From Tubiluchus corallicola (taxonomy: Eukaryota; Animalia; Priapulida): a stretch of 64,000 bases of DNA. Every line of letters begins with the position of its first letter. Positions within the stretch are counted from its first letter, which is position 1. Location of the stretch: the NCBI GenBank assembly GCA_030141605.1, contig JAQGDQ010000017.1:992001-1056000 (forward strand), given 5' to 3'. The notes under the pieces were generated by a model that worked only from the letters and a program-made list of their open reading frames with translations, searched no databases and was not told the DNA's origin. This document shows, piece by piece, positions 51,101-62,558 of this stretch. The translations under genes were made by a program, and so were the position numbers.

Positions 51101-53723
51101 AACAAGGAACGGGTTACGACATTTTGGGGCCCATACGCTGATGAAATTATGGGGCCCCTTAGACAGAGCCACCGTCTAATTTGCTCGCACTCGTTTCGGA
51201 TATTTTTTACTTGTGACATATTTTAGCAACATTTGCATAGTTGCGGCCCCCATATTTCAAATCAAGAGCTTCAAAGCGAGGCCCTTATCACAAATAAAGG
51301 GTCTCACACAAGGATTCTTTATTTAAAATGAAGAACCACTTTAAAATTAGATTTTCAGACTTCCTGGCAGCCTTTTTTAAAGTGAGCAATGCAAAGTATG
51401 GGGGCCCCTTCCCACAAGGCTGCAGCCCATGCAAGCTTATAGGGTAATCCAGCCCTGGATACAATTTCAACAAATTAAAAATTAATTAATGAATAAATCA
51501 ACAAACGCGTTTTTAATCTATTTTTAAATTGTACTTAAATATTTAAATAAATTAATAAATGCATTGGTTACGTTGCGTGTAGAAAATCATTTGTAGACAT
51601 TATATATAATTATATATTGTAAACAGGGGGAGTCGATGAAACACGGAGAGATGGATCACTAAACCACTTGGCCTGGTACATCAAGGCACATTGGGTGGCT
51701 TATAATTTAGCTGCTAATGTAGCTTTAATTGTATCCGTCAGTAAGTACATATTATTTACCAGTAGTTATTGAAGTAGTAGATTGAAGCTCTTTTACAAAC
51801 AACTTTGACGACAGTATTATGACTTGGAACTCTGTGGCAAAGTTTGGTGACGTTGGATCCATAGGGTTGCCACCGATAGCGATGCATGCGATTGAAACGT
51901 TAAAAACTAATCTAAAAACAGTGAAATCTCTCTTAAGTAAAATAGTAAACTTATTAAATTAAATTTAAACGGTTACCTGGCCTCATCATTTAACGCTGTC
52001 TACATTAAATAGAGTGCTCCAGTGCAAACATACTTCCGGTTTAGCTTCAATTAATACACATAAACGGTTTCCAGAAATCTCAAAAACGTGAGAAATGTAC
52101 TGGAACTCTAGGTAGTTTGACGCCCTAAGCAGAAATATTTTTAGCGCCCCCAAATATTTTGAGTTAAAATAACATAACATAATATAATGTAATTGTAATA
52201 TTTAACCACTGTAAATACCGTTTACTACTATTATTGCTGCTGCTGCTGCTGCTGTTGCTGTTGCTGTTGTTGTGTATTGTGTTAACGATTATACCCCATG
52301 TGCGGGGTTTTGTCTGTGTAGTTTTTCTCTTCATTGTAATGCATTGCATTGTTTATGTAATGTTTTGTAACTTGTAATTGCAATTGTAATTGTATGGCTT
52401 GTAAATCGTCAATAAATAAACGTGTAAGTTTTAGTTTTAGGCTTTTAAGGCTATTTTATAGTCTAAAATCAAGAAATTTGTACTACTTTATCGGTTCGTC
52501 ACAAGGTGGTAGCCCTATGGATCTACAGTGTTACACACCAGTATTGGCAATGTTTATGTGAAGCAGGTTGTAAGTAGAGCATTTAGTTGAATCTGAAATG
52601 AGTCTATCGACACAATAAAATCAAAGCGAGTGAATGTTAAAGGAAAACCGGATCCGAGCCTAACCTGTAGCTCAAAACAATCTAGTCTTTAGAATATTAG
52701 AAGTGAATATACTATTTTTTAAAGAAAGACTTGCGTGAAAGAATTACTGCCACACAAAAGTAAATTTCGCGATCCCGCGGCAAGTAGTTAGACGCCTGCC
52801 TTTCGGAAACGCATTGCATGTAAAACGGTGCTGTACCTCTCAGTTTAGAGCTGTTCTTGGCAACAGCGGTAAACTTGAGATTTAAATTTTTGTCTGCGAA
52901 CTTGCCGAGTTTTAATACAGCACACTGAATATCTTACAGTACTGCAATCTTCCTTTTCACAAAGCGTGTAACACGCTCGTGGGATATTTATAATGTTGAA
53001 AACTATGTTCCTTTGTGATGTCATCAATTGTTGGGCTCGCCCACCGTTACTTAAGATTTTAATCTATTATTCAATTATCAGAAACGCGTTTACAGTTTTA
53101 TTGCTGTTAAAATGTATACTTTTACCGACCTTGAAAATGGAGTAGGATGTGAAAAATCATCCTGTCTTCCTTTAACTGGTACGATAATTTTCAATGCCAG
53201 CATCAAATTTCGGTTAATTTCAGGTTACTGGGCGTTGCTGTATAATGGAGAAGGTACTGATCCGGTTGATATCAACACTCATGCAATTCAAGCTATCTAT
53301 GTCATCTTTGACATTATGTTTAGTGCCATGCCGATTCGCTTTCATCACTTCTGGTCGTCTTCAGTGTTCTTCTTTGTCTACATGATATTTACACTTATAT
53401 ACTGGGCTGCAGGAGGAACAGGAGGCTTTAATAGCTCCTACATTTATAGCTTACTAAATTGGGGAGAACAGCCGGGAAAGGTGGCGGGAATAGGTGTGGC
53501 GTTTATGCTTGTGTTAGTGCCAGTCATACAATTGATAATGGTTGCGCTAGCTTGGTTGCGAGATAGCATTTACAATAACTGTAATTGTGCAAGAAATTGT
53601 AGTCGTTCAGGGAGGAATATTGCTATTACTGGACAAAGAGAAACAGGGAATGAGGTAATTGGTCCAGAAGGAAAAGAAAATCCAGCACTAGATTTGGAGA
53701 TGGATCCAGTAAGAGCTCCGTAA
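48124..53723 (+). CDS. rost: Rolling stone-like membrane protein, paralog 5 (about 307 aa, 5 coding exons)
   Basis: Exons 48124-48201 (MKCKEQFKLS...CFGESK), 49277-49394, 50754-50867 (ERWKWIIYLTNI), 51627-51740 (AWYIKAHW) and 53224-53723. 924 nt in frame; GT-AG junctions. Confidence 0.87.
49538..49906 (+). mobile_element. TTAA-flanked MITE family, copy G (internally deleted)
   Basis: TTAA-AGCAAAAGCGGACC ... ACCT-TTAA; shared body. Confidence 0.85.
52637..53175 (+). mobile_element. TTAA-flanked MITE family, copy H
   Basis: TTAA-AGGAAAACCGGA ... CCTGTCTTCCT-TTAA; ends 48 nt before the last exon of paralog 5. Confidence 0.85.
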
Positions 53724-53789
53724 CACAAATATGACACCAAAATGAACTTACGATAGGCAAGTAATTGAAAATAGAAATGAGAGAAAGTG

Positions 53790-54985
53790 GCAGATGAAGG
53801 ACGACACAACCGTGCACACAGCAGGAGAGAAAGGACGACAACCATTCACACACAGGGCCTATTTCAGCCTAGGCGAGGCCAGGGGAAGTGGGGCGTGTGA
53901 GGCCCCATGGGGGCATTGAAGCGCCGGGGGGGGGCGATTGCTACCATGATTGGCGCCCAGAAATTTTTTGAACTGCTAGAACGCCGGAGAAGCATTTTCG
54001 AAGAGAAAATATGGAGTCATACAGTTGTTAAAGGAAAGAACAATTGAAAGAAAAACTGCTTTATTCTCAAGACCAGTCCTTAATACTGGCAAACGGCGCG
54101 CGTGGGGCAAGAGAAAGAGAGGGAGAGAGGAGGCAGTATGTTCGCATAAAGCAAAAAAATGTTACCTTGGCGCGAGGCCCCGGGGAAGTATCCCCACTCC
54201 CCCCCCCCCTTGAAATAGGCCCTGTTCACACAACAGGAGAGAAAGGACGACACAACCGTGCACACAGCTGGAGAGAAAGGTCGACACAACCATGCACACA
54301 GTAGAAGAGAAAAGGTCGACGCAACCGTGCACACAGCAGGTGAGAAAGGACGACACAACCGTGCACACAGCTGGAGAGAAAGGTCGACACAACCATGCAC
54401 ACAGTAGAAAAGAAAAGGTCGACACAACCGTGCACACAGCTGGAGAGAAAGGTCGACACAACCATGCACACAGTAGAAGAGAAAAGGTCGACGCAACCGT
54501 GCACACAGCTGGAGAGAAAGGTCGACACAACCATGCACACAGTAGAAGAGAAAAGGTCGACACAACCGTGCACACAGCAGGAGAGAAAGGACGACACAAC
54601 CGTGTATACAGTAGAAGAGAAAAGGTCGACACAACCGTGCACACAGCAGGATGGAAAGGACGACACAAGCATGCATACAGCAGGAGAGAAAGGACGACAT
54701 AACCGTGCACACAGCAGGAGAGAAAGGACGACATAACCGTGCACACAGCTGGAGAGAAAGGTCGACACAACCATGCACACAGTGGGAGAGAAAAGACGAC
54801 ACAACCGTGCACACAGCAGGAGAGAAAGGTCGACACAACCGTGCATACAGCAGGAGAGAAAGGGCGACACAACCGTGTATACAGCAGGAGAGAAAGGACG
54901 ACACAACCGTGCATACAGCAGGAGAGAAAGGACGACACAACCATGCACACAGTAGGAGAAAAATGACGACGTACCGTGCACGCGC
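53790..54985. repeat. 31-32-bp minisatellite (GCAGGAGAGAAAGGACGACACAACCGTGCACACA-like), interrupted by a MITE
   Basis: Tandem units without spacers, starting just after the paralog-5 stop codon. Confidence 0.95.
53853..54224. mobile_element. hAT-type MITE inserted in the minisatellite
   Basis: Perfect 14-bp TIRs CAGGGCCTATTTCA / TGAAATAGGCCCTG; exact 8-bp TSD TTCACACA (53845-53852, 54225-54232). Confidence 0.92.
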
Positions 54986-57149
54986 ATATGTATACAAAAA
55001 AATAACCAGAGCAGAAGAGATGGAAAGAGTTGCAGGAACATGCACGTACATGAACTAGTATTAGAGTTGTCTAGTACGGTACTGCTTGTCGTAAAATGAC
55101 AGTCTAGTGTAAAATGTGTTCCTTCTCTTAGGACTGTGTAAGGTTTGGGAAGCCGAAACTAAAATAACAGTATGACTAGTAGCTGTTAGAATGACCGATG
55201 CTAGCAGAGGACTGTTGTCATTTTTGGTCAACATGGAAAAGAAACTCCTGGCAAAACGTGCTGCAGTGCATGGTACTTCTTAAAGCATGTGAATATTGGA
55301 ACATAATGCCATTGCAGTAAAACTAATTTGAATCCTTCCATTCTTCAACTAAGATAACATAAATATTACAATTTGGAGAAAAACGAGCAAGTCAGAAAGG
55401 CACACTCAGTCATCTAGTGGCGGGTCACAGGGCAAAACTTTATTTTCTAATGTGCACAATCCGTCGCAAATTAGGCCTACAAAGATTACGTCATGACAAT
55501 AGACACCGTAGACTTAAAAAAGATAAAAAATGTATTCAAAACCATCACAACGCCAAAACCTCTACAAACAACACCAACAATAATGTTGCTGTTGCTTTGG
55601 TGTTACTACCCTGCCATGACAACAATTAGGTAACTATAGTAACTAAATTAAATCTTAATAAAGTACAATAATTAAAATAAATAAACTTGGTAACTGTTTT
55701 GTACAGTTTGTCTGTCTGCATGTTGTAACCCATAGCCTCAATAAAGAATGATGAACACTTTGATACAGGTTGATTTCCTTTATTACTGTGCTCAAAAAAA
55801 AGAAGTGAAGGCGGTGTAGAGGGGGGTAGGTTTCAACATAAATTGAAGTCTGAAATAATAAAAATAAAAAGCAACATTTAGAACTTAATAATTCACTTAG
55901 GTTTAACACACTACAACAAAAATTAAATTTAAAGCACTAACCTCAGTTTAGGTAAGTCAAAAAACCACAAAATATAATTTGAAGCAAACATACCTTAACA
56001 AACTACATTATGAAATTTGAAATCTGAACTTCACCAGCAGATTATAAAACCTGAACTACTACTGCTCAACATACAATAACCAGGACTCCTGTTACACCTC
56101 ATTAACTTTAGTTGAAACCCAGTAAATGGTATGTAAATAGATAGTACAATAAACAGCTTAAGAAATAGGTAAATTATTTTTACAGACAAACAACCAAAAG
56201 ATGGCAGCACCTCCCTAAGATACTACCACATTCTGCTAAGTTTAAGTCTAAAAAACATTAATTATAGCACAATTGTGTAACAAAATGCATATTATCAAAT
56301 TGTTTCCTAAATAATAGAGTAACAAAAATCCACTGTCTATTATTTTAATTTGTCCAAAAAGCAGCTTTAATTGCCATGAGTGAGTTAACTGACTGGGAAT
56401 TTGTGTACGTCGATAAATTCAGAAATCGCAATCAATGATCAGACACCACAAAGACTTATAGAAGAATGATACACTGTACTGCAGAAGCAGCAGTAGCATA
56501 AAATATTTTTTACTACAAACTAGAATTATAAAAAAGACTAATTAAAATTGCTTAACCGAGTTCAGTCTCACTGCTTCCTTGTCCTAAAGTTAGTCAAACT
56601 TTCAAGTTGGCAATCCATTAATTGGGAAGCCTGGGTGGCATTACATAAGACTCAACTTCCCTAGGTCTCTCCTAAATTTTACATAAAAATAATAATTATG
56701 TCAAATTCTTATTTAAGAGGAAATCTAAAGTATATTGTATTTTCTCGTAATAATCCTTTCTTTTTTATGCATACGTGTATGATTAGTGTACAAACATACG
56801 TGTAATACATAGATACATGATTAGATCATGAAGTTGTATAATTATTGTAATTTGTTGATAATTGTAATTAATTCATAATTTAAAATTAAAATTGAAGCAT
56901 CACAGTTGGAGTGTGCAGATAAATTACGCTTTTAGCAAAGCTTCATCCCTAGTAAAATTAGCTTATATGGTACCACTTGAAAGAGGAAAACCTACTCACA
57001 GCTAGAACTAATATGGTCATCCACATATCTTACGAAGGCATCTTTCTGTCACCGGTTAGCCTGAGCTAGCTGGATCTGTGTCAAGCAGAATGTTTTCTGG
57101 ATGTATTCTTTTATTTTGTACTAATAATTATAATGAAGGTATATATATA

Positions 57150-58230
57150 TATAATAATAATCTTTATTTGCCATTAAAAACATTGATAATCACTGATAAA
57201 AACTTTATAGAGATAATCAATCAGTGTTAGTTAATAAAAACTTACACTGCTGAAGGCAAATGCGTCAGTGCAATCTAAACTACTGTGCAGTAATGACGAA
57301 TAAAATCAAACATATTTACAACTATACACAAAAAAATATAAAAAAAAACTATGATTTAATTAATATGGCCGTGGGTATATGAATTCGGAATTAGTGTGTA
57401 TGTTGTCGTACTGGTGTGATGGTATTTCATATCTGGTTAATATTAGTGATTTTAATTTTGTTTTAAATGCTGATAGGGACTTGATTTGTTTAACCTGTAA
57501 TGGTAGAGAATTCCAAAGTAAAATTGCTTGTTTGATTACAGAGTTCGTTCCATAGTGGGTATTTGTCCTAATTTGTTTTAGATTGAATGTTCTGGAATTA
57601 ACGATAGGATTTGGAAAAAAGGTAAATCTGTTATTCTGGAATGGTTTGCTGATGTTGTTAATGTATTTAAATATAAAAAGCAGAGTAAAATATTCTTTGT
57701 GTGCTTCAATGATTGGGAATTTTAAAGTTTTTCTCAGGTTAGTTGTTGAAGCTTTGAATTTTTGTCTACCTGCCTTGTGTTTGTATGAGTACCCAGCTAT
57801 CAATCTCAATGCATAGTTTTGAAGGAGATTTAATTTTAAGTAATTTTCTCTTTTGGTTTTTTGAAGTAGCGTACATCCATATAAGAAGTGTGGTAGAACT
57901 AAAGTTTTATATATTAGTGTTTTAGTTTCCTTTGTTAGTTGCCCTTTAACTTGTCGGAGATATGATGTGCTAGATGCCATTTTTGTGTATATGTTATTAA
58001 AGTGATCATCCCATGAAAGATTATTGTCTACTTGTATGCCCAGGAATTTAACATTGTTAGTTTGTTTGATTACAGCATTATCTATTGTCAAAGTGGTTGA
58101 TGATGCATCATTAGTATTTAATGAGGGTGACAGTATCATGAATTCTGTTTTGTCATTATTCATTTTTAGCTTGTAATGACTAAATGCCATATTTATATTT
58201 TTTATATCTTCTTCTAAATAATTTTTTGCA
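57150..58230 (-). mobile_element. 5'-truncated CR1/L2-group LINE, ORF2 C-terminus plus 3' UTR
   Basis: ORF 57360-58190 with LKMNNDKTEFM, KFLGIQVDNNLSWDDH, IYKTLVLPHFLYG and LWNSLP...FKTKLK. The 3' end reads AATAAAGATTATTATTAT. Confidence 0.85.
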
Positions 58231-58349
58231 GTTTGGACATTTTCATGGGCTATGTAGATTGTAGGTCAACTTACTTTCTGGTTTTTCCGGTTTTTTCCAG
58301 TTTTATAATAAAAAAATTGGCAAATTGCCCAACATGTCACTTATGTAAC

Positions 58350-58626
58350 TTATTCAACATAACGCAGTCTGCGCAAGTCTTTGCGCAGATTATTAGAACC
58401 CGCGCAGGTTTGGTCTGTTTGCTAGATCGATCACATCAACCAGCAATCCAGCATTTGTCAGAATGGTGGTAGTTGAGGTGGACGAGGCGAGTTGGGAGGA
58501 GGACAAAATGGCTTGATTTCAGGTCCGAAGGCGGACGTGCAATTTTGTGTAGGGCCTGTTAGGAGGCCTACGCTGTGGACATCCCACAGCCGACGGGGAA
58601 AACACGCCTCAAATTTGCTTTCATCC
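58350..58626 (+). promoter_or_regulatory. Candidate promoter and structured first (5' UTR) exon, possibly of the SUOX-like gene
   Basis: Local GC/CpG-rich patch, palindrome TCTGCGCAA..TTGCGCAGA, consecutive hairpins and a GTAAGT donor at 58627. An acceptor sits 6 nt before the SUOX ATG. Confidence 0.35.
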
Positions 58627-61479
58627 GTAAGTACTTGATTTTTTCGTAGTATTGTTGACATTGGTTTTACCGGTGGATAAGATTTGATAGTTTAAAAAAC
58701 AGTATGTGTTTTCGTTTGTGGTTAATATTGCCATGGTACAAAAAAGAAACCAAGAGAAAGGGCAACTAAATGGGCAACTAAATTCGTACAGAAATGAGCA
58801 TGGGGGCAGTTTTTAAGAAACTGTACAGATCTATGTCAGTCATTTTTTTCTCGATGGCCAGTGTAGTTTTTCACTTTACTGCTCAAAAAATAATTTGACA
58901 CATGTATAGTTAAAATAAGACTAAATTCGCAACATTTATTTAAAATCATGAGCTAATGAAATAGGCTCTATTAAATTTTTTATATATGCATTATCCTTAG
59001 GATTTGCAGGCATTTCATTGATAGGACTTCATTGATCCATGCTGTACTATAATACCGCACCCATTCCACGGAAAAATTTGTTCTCCTAGCAATTAAATTT
59101 AATGAAAAATCAATTTATGCAATAATACCACCACCAGCAGAAGCAAACATACCACTTCACAAATAGACAACTCTTGCGTGCCAGTATAACCAGTTCTGCA
59201 TCAGTCAGAAAGATTTTCACAGTTTCTTCGTTGATCAAGCTCTTGTTAGGTGTTTGAATGGCTAATTAGTTAAACGCCACAGCTGCTGACACTCAGACAG
59301 TGAATTTATAGATACTTGTTTAGTCTCCAAGTGTAACTAACCACTATAACATACTGTATGTGGATGGTGTACTGCATAGTTTACTATAATGCTGTATAAA
59401 TTGCACACTCGTCAGGCACAACTGTGTTACACAGTAGGTTAGCTATGTAAACTGTTTTAAAAAGCCTTTTTGCAGTTCCAGCGATTGATGGTGATCATGA
59501 AAAAGTCAAAGGTTAAGTGTACCAGACAACACATTTGTGTACACTTGACAATGCGTCGCTATAGCAGTTTAGCAGCTAGCTGGAACCTTACCTAGTTCAT
59601 TTTTCTTGTTCTCAAGCAAGATAATGCTAATAAATCACACTAGGCACAAACTAATGCACAAATAAGTAAAGTCCACTTAAAATAACTGATGTTACGAAAC
59701 TGATAATGCGGCAGACGGCTTTGTCTACATATCACGTGACGGTTGTAGTTAAGACACTTTGCTGTGGTACACTTAACCTATGCCCTACAGCAACTGTGCA
59801 TGCGTACAACGAAACTGTGAAAAGGCTTTTTAAACACCTGATTCATAATTCTGGCTATTGTAATTAAAGGTAAACAGGATGAGAGCATGCAGTAGAGCTG
59901 CTGACTTTTACGTTTTAACATGAAACCACTTAGAGAAAAAACTATTCCGATATTTTTTGATATTGTGACCTTGACCTTTGATAGTCTTGCCTGATCTATT
60001 CCTTTTACGAGTTTGATGACTACAACTTCATCCAATTTAATTTTATCTGTGTGTAGTTTTGATCTTGACACCTTGACCTTTCGAAACCAAAATCATTTAG
60101 TTTTCAGCTCTTACCTCTTGCCCAGATACTCCTTTGTGAAGTTTGGTGATTACAACGCCTGTGTAGACATGCACCAGACACGCACGTAGACATACCGACA
60201 GACGCGACTAAATATTTTATGCACGATCTTAATGTCGGTTTGGGTAATTATAAGCGGGTACTAAAGATAGTTTCTGTATAAACACAATTTATCGTTAACC
60301 TATTCCATTTAATGACTAAAAGATCAAGTATGCCTACTGTACTTGCATAGCTTATAACTATATATTAATGAAAAAACTGCACAATTAAGCAGGGCCAGAT
60401 TATGACCTTTCGGGGCCTCTAGATTAACGAAATTATGGCCCTCTCAGACGGAGCACCCTCTAACTCACTCGCACCCCTCTTGAATATTTTTTGCTTGTGA
60501 TATATTTTAGCGACATTTACATAGCATGAAGTAAACTTATTGTAAATTCTTTAAATAACCTTTTGTTTGTCAACTTTTGTTTTGTCTGTCAACTATCTTT
60601 TGTTTGTCAACTTTTATTTTGTCTGTCAACTATCTTTTGTTTATCAACAAAAACAGTCTTTAAGAAATACCACTATTTTTACTACTTATTGTAAACCAAA
60701 CTATTATGCATTTCAGCACAGCTATAGAGAAAAACAGATTTTTGCGAAGTGTTACAAAAGTGTAAATATATATATATAAATAGCCCCGTAATCTCATATA
60801 AATAGGATTAGCACATAATCCCTGCAATTAAGAAATGGGATTTTTTCATTAATTGTCACTATCCTTCTAATTGAGAATTAAATTTGCGTTTTTGTGGTTA
60901 GAACACGAATAAAATTGTTAGTCTGCAGTTGTATCACAGACGATTTACCGTAGCCTATATCCAAGGATTTCTTGAAAATAGAACATCAAAGTGCACAAAC
61001 GGTAGTAATTCGTTTGCTGTAGAATTGATAGCGTTACATCTACAATTCCCCGCGCGAAGCTACAGCGTGCATTCGCGTCTGTAAAGAATCTTCCGCAGAT
61101 TAAAAAAATTTTCCATTACGCTGAGTGAGTCGTCGAGTCAGACGGGCAGTTTTCATGAAAACATGCAATGTCTGTCATTGCGTCACTGCTTATTGTATAG
61201 ACTGATCGCATTTCTGGCCCACCAATGATATTAGCTCTTAAACACAATTAGAGGATCTACTCGTATCGAACAGTATACGTATACACAGACATTAGCTGAC
61301 CCCCCCTTTCCTCCCGTTATGGCGATGCCCCTACTAAATAGTTACAGAGGAAGTTTATCAGACGATTTCAATCTTGCCCTGGTAACATCTGCATTTTAAA
61401 CCTGAATTGTTACGTTTGCCCTAGAGGTGCTGGTCTTTCGTTGTTTTTAATATGCAAAATTCCGCTTGGGAAGTCGTGA

Positions 61480-61688
61480 GTTCCATAGAGCGACTGGGTC
61501 TTACCAAGAACTTTAAAAATGGTACCTACTGTTGCCCTGCATGGCAAGAGTGGTATTTAGGGTAAAAGTGGGGTAATAATAGTTTCTGTTATGTAATTGT
61601 ACATTTGTTATTTACAGTTGGCCGACAGCTCTTTGAGTTTATGTTAATTGCTAATCCAAAAGCAGACTAAATAAAGATTATTATTATC
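61480..61688 (+). mobile_element. SINE remnant with a MetaSINE-like central domain
   Basis: GGGTCTTACCAAGAACTTTAAAAATGGTACCTACTGTTGCCCTGCATGGC resembles the widespread animal Meta-domain core (from recall); 3' tail AATAAAGATTATTATTAT. Confidence 0.55.
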
Positions 61689-62558
61689 GTCTGCCTATTT
61701 ATCAATTGTTTGCTGTTACTAATCACCTGCCTCAACTGTTGACTATTGATGTAATCATTTTTATACTATAACATAATAGTCATATAATAATATTATAATT
61801 AATGTAAATGACTGGGATGTTTTTTAAATCGCCCTGCATGTACTGTATTAAGACTTAGTTTACTGTTCATATAAAAATGTTGTCAAAAAGTATGTCACTA
61901 CTAGAAAGACTTTGTGGTGTATAGCCACCAGACTGCCTGTTGTTTTTCTCATGCTTAGAATTCTGGAAAAATTGATGCAAAATACTTGAACACAGACATT
62001 TTTCTCAGAAAGAAAAGTTTTGATGCATTTTACTAACATTTTCAGACTGGCAGGCACATACTGATGGGCCGTAGTGCTGAGAAAAAAATTTGTTGACATT
62101 CTGTACCTATCTGAAAATATGTATTGTATATGAACAAAAATTTCCACTAATTTCCACTAAATTTCCACTTTCAACTCACTTTTGACCTTGACTCAGATAG
62201 ATTTAGTCGATACTCCTAAACAAAGTTATCATGGAGCCCTTGTTTAATATATTACCAGGCAGTGATCAAAAACCTATAATCAGTTACATTTCTTGCTAGC
62301 ACACCACAAATAATTTACTTATTAAAACTGCATACTGCAAGAGTGAAGTATGTCATTAAATTTACCATTGGCGTGCATAAATGCAACTAATTTCTGCAAT
62401 CCAGTTTGCTGTGCAAAATAACATGGAGGTCCTAGCTGCCCTGTAGAACCATTGTGGGATTGTGATGTAGGTTTAAATGCTTGTCAAGAAAATTTGTTTG
62501 TAGCCGATTATATAGTAAGATTACGTGTTAATATTGATCAAATATTTTCCAGGTCACG

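Noticed and set aside
53112-53223. N-terminal part of the 203-aa ORF
   Set aside because: MITE end plus intron; the true exon starts at the acceptor at 53224.
54080-55058. Multiple Cys-rich or charged ORFs on both strands
   Set aside because: All derive from the 31-32-bp minisatellite.
58520-58635. U1-snRNA-like reading on the minus strand (TACTTAC followed by hairpins)
   Set aside because: Lacks ACCTG, the U1-70K loop and an Sm site on that strand; TACTTAC is just the complement of a plus-strand donor.
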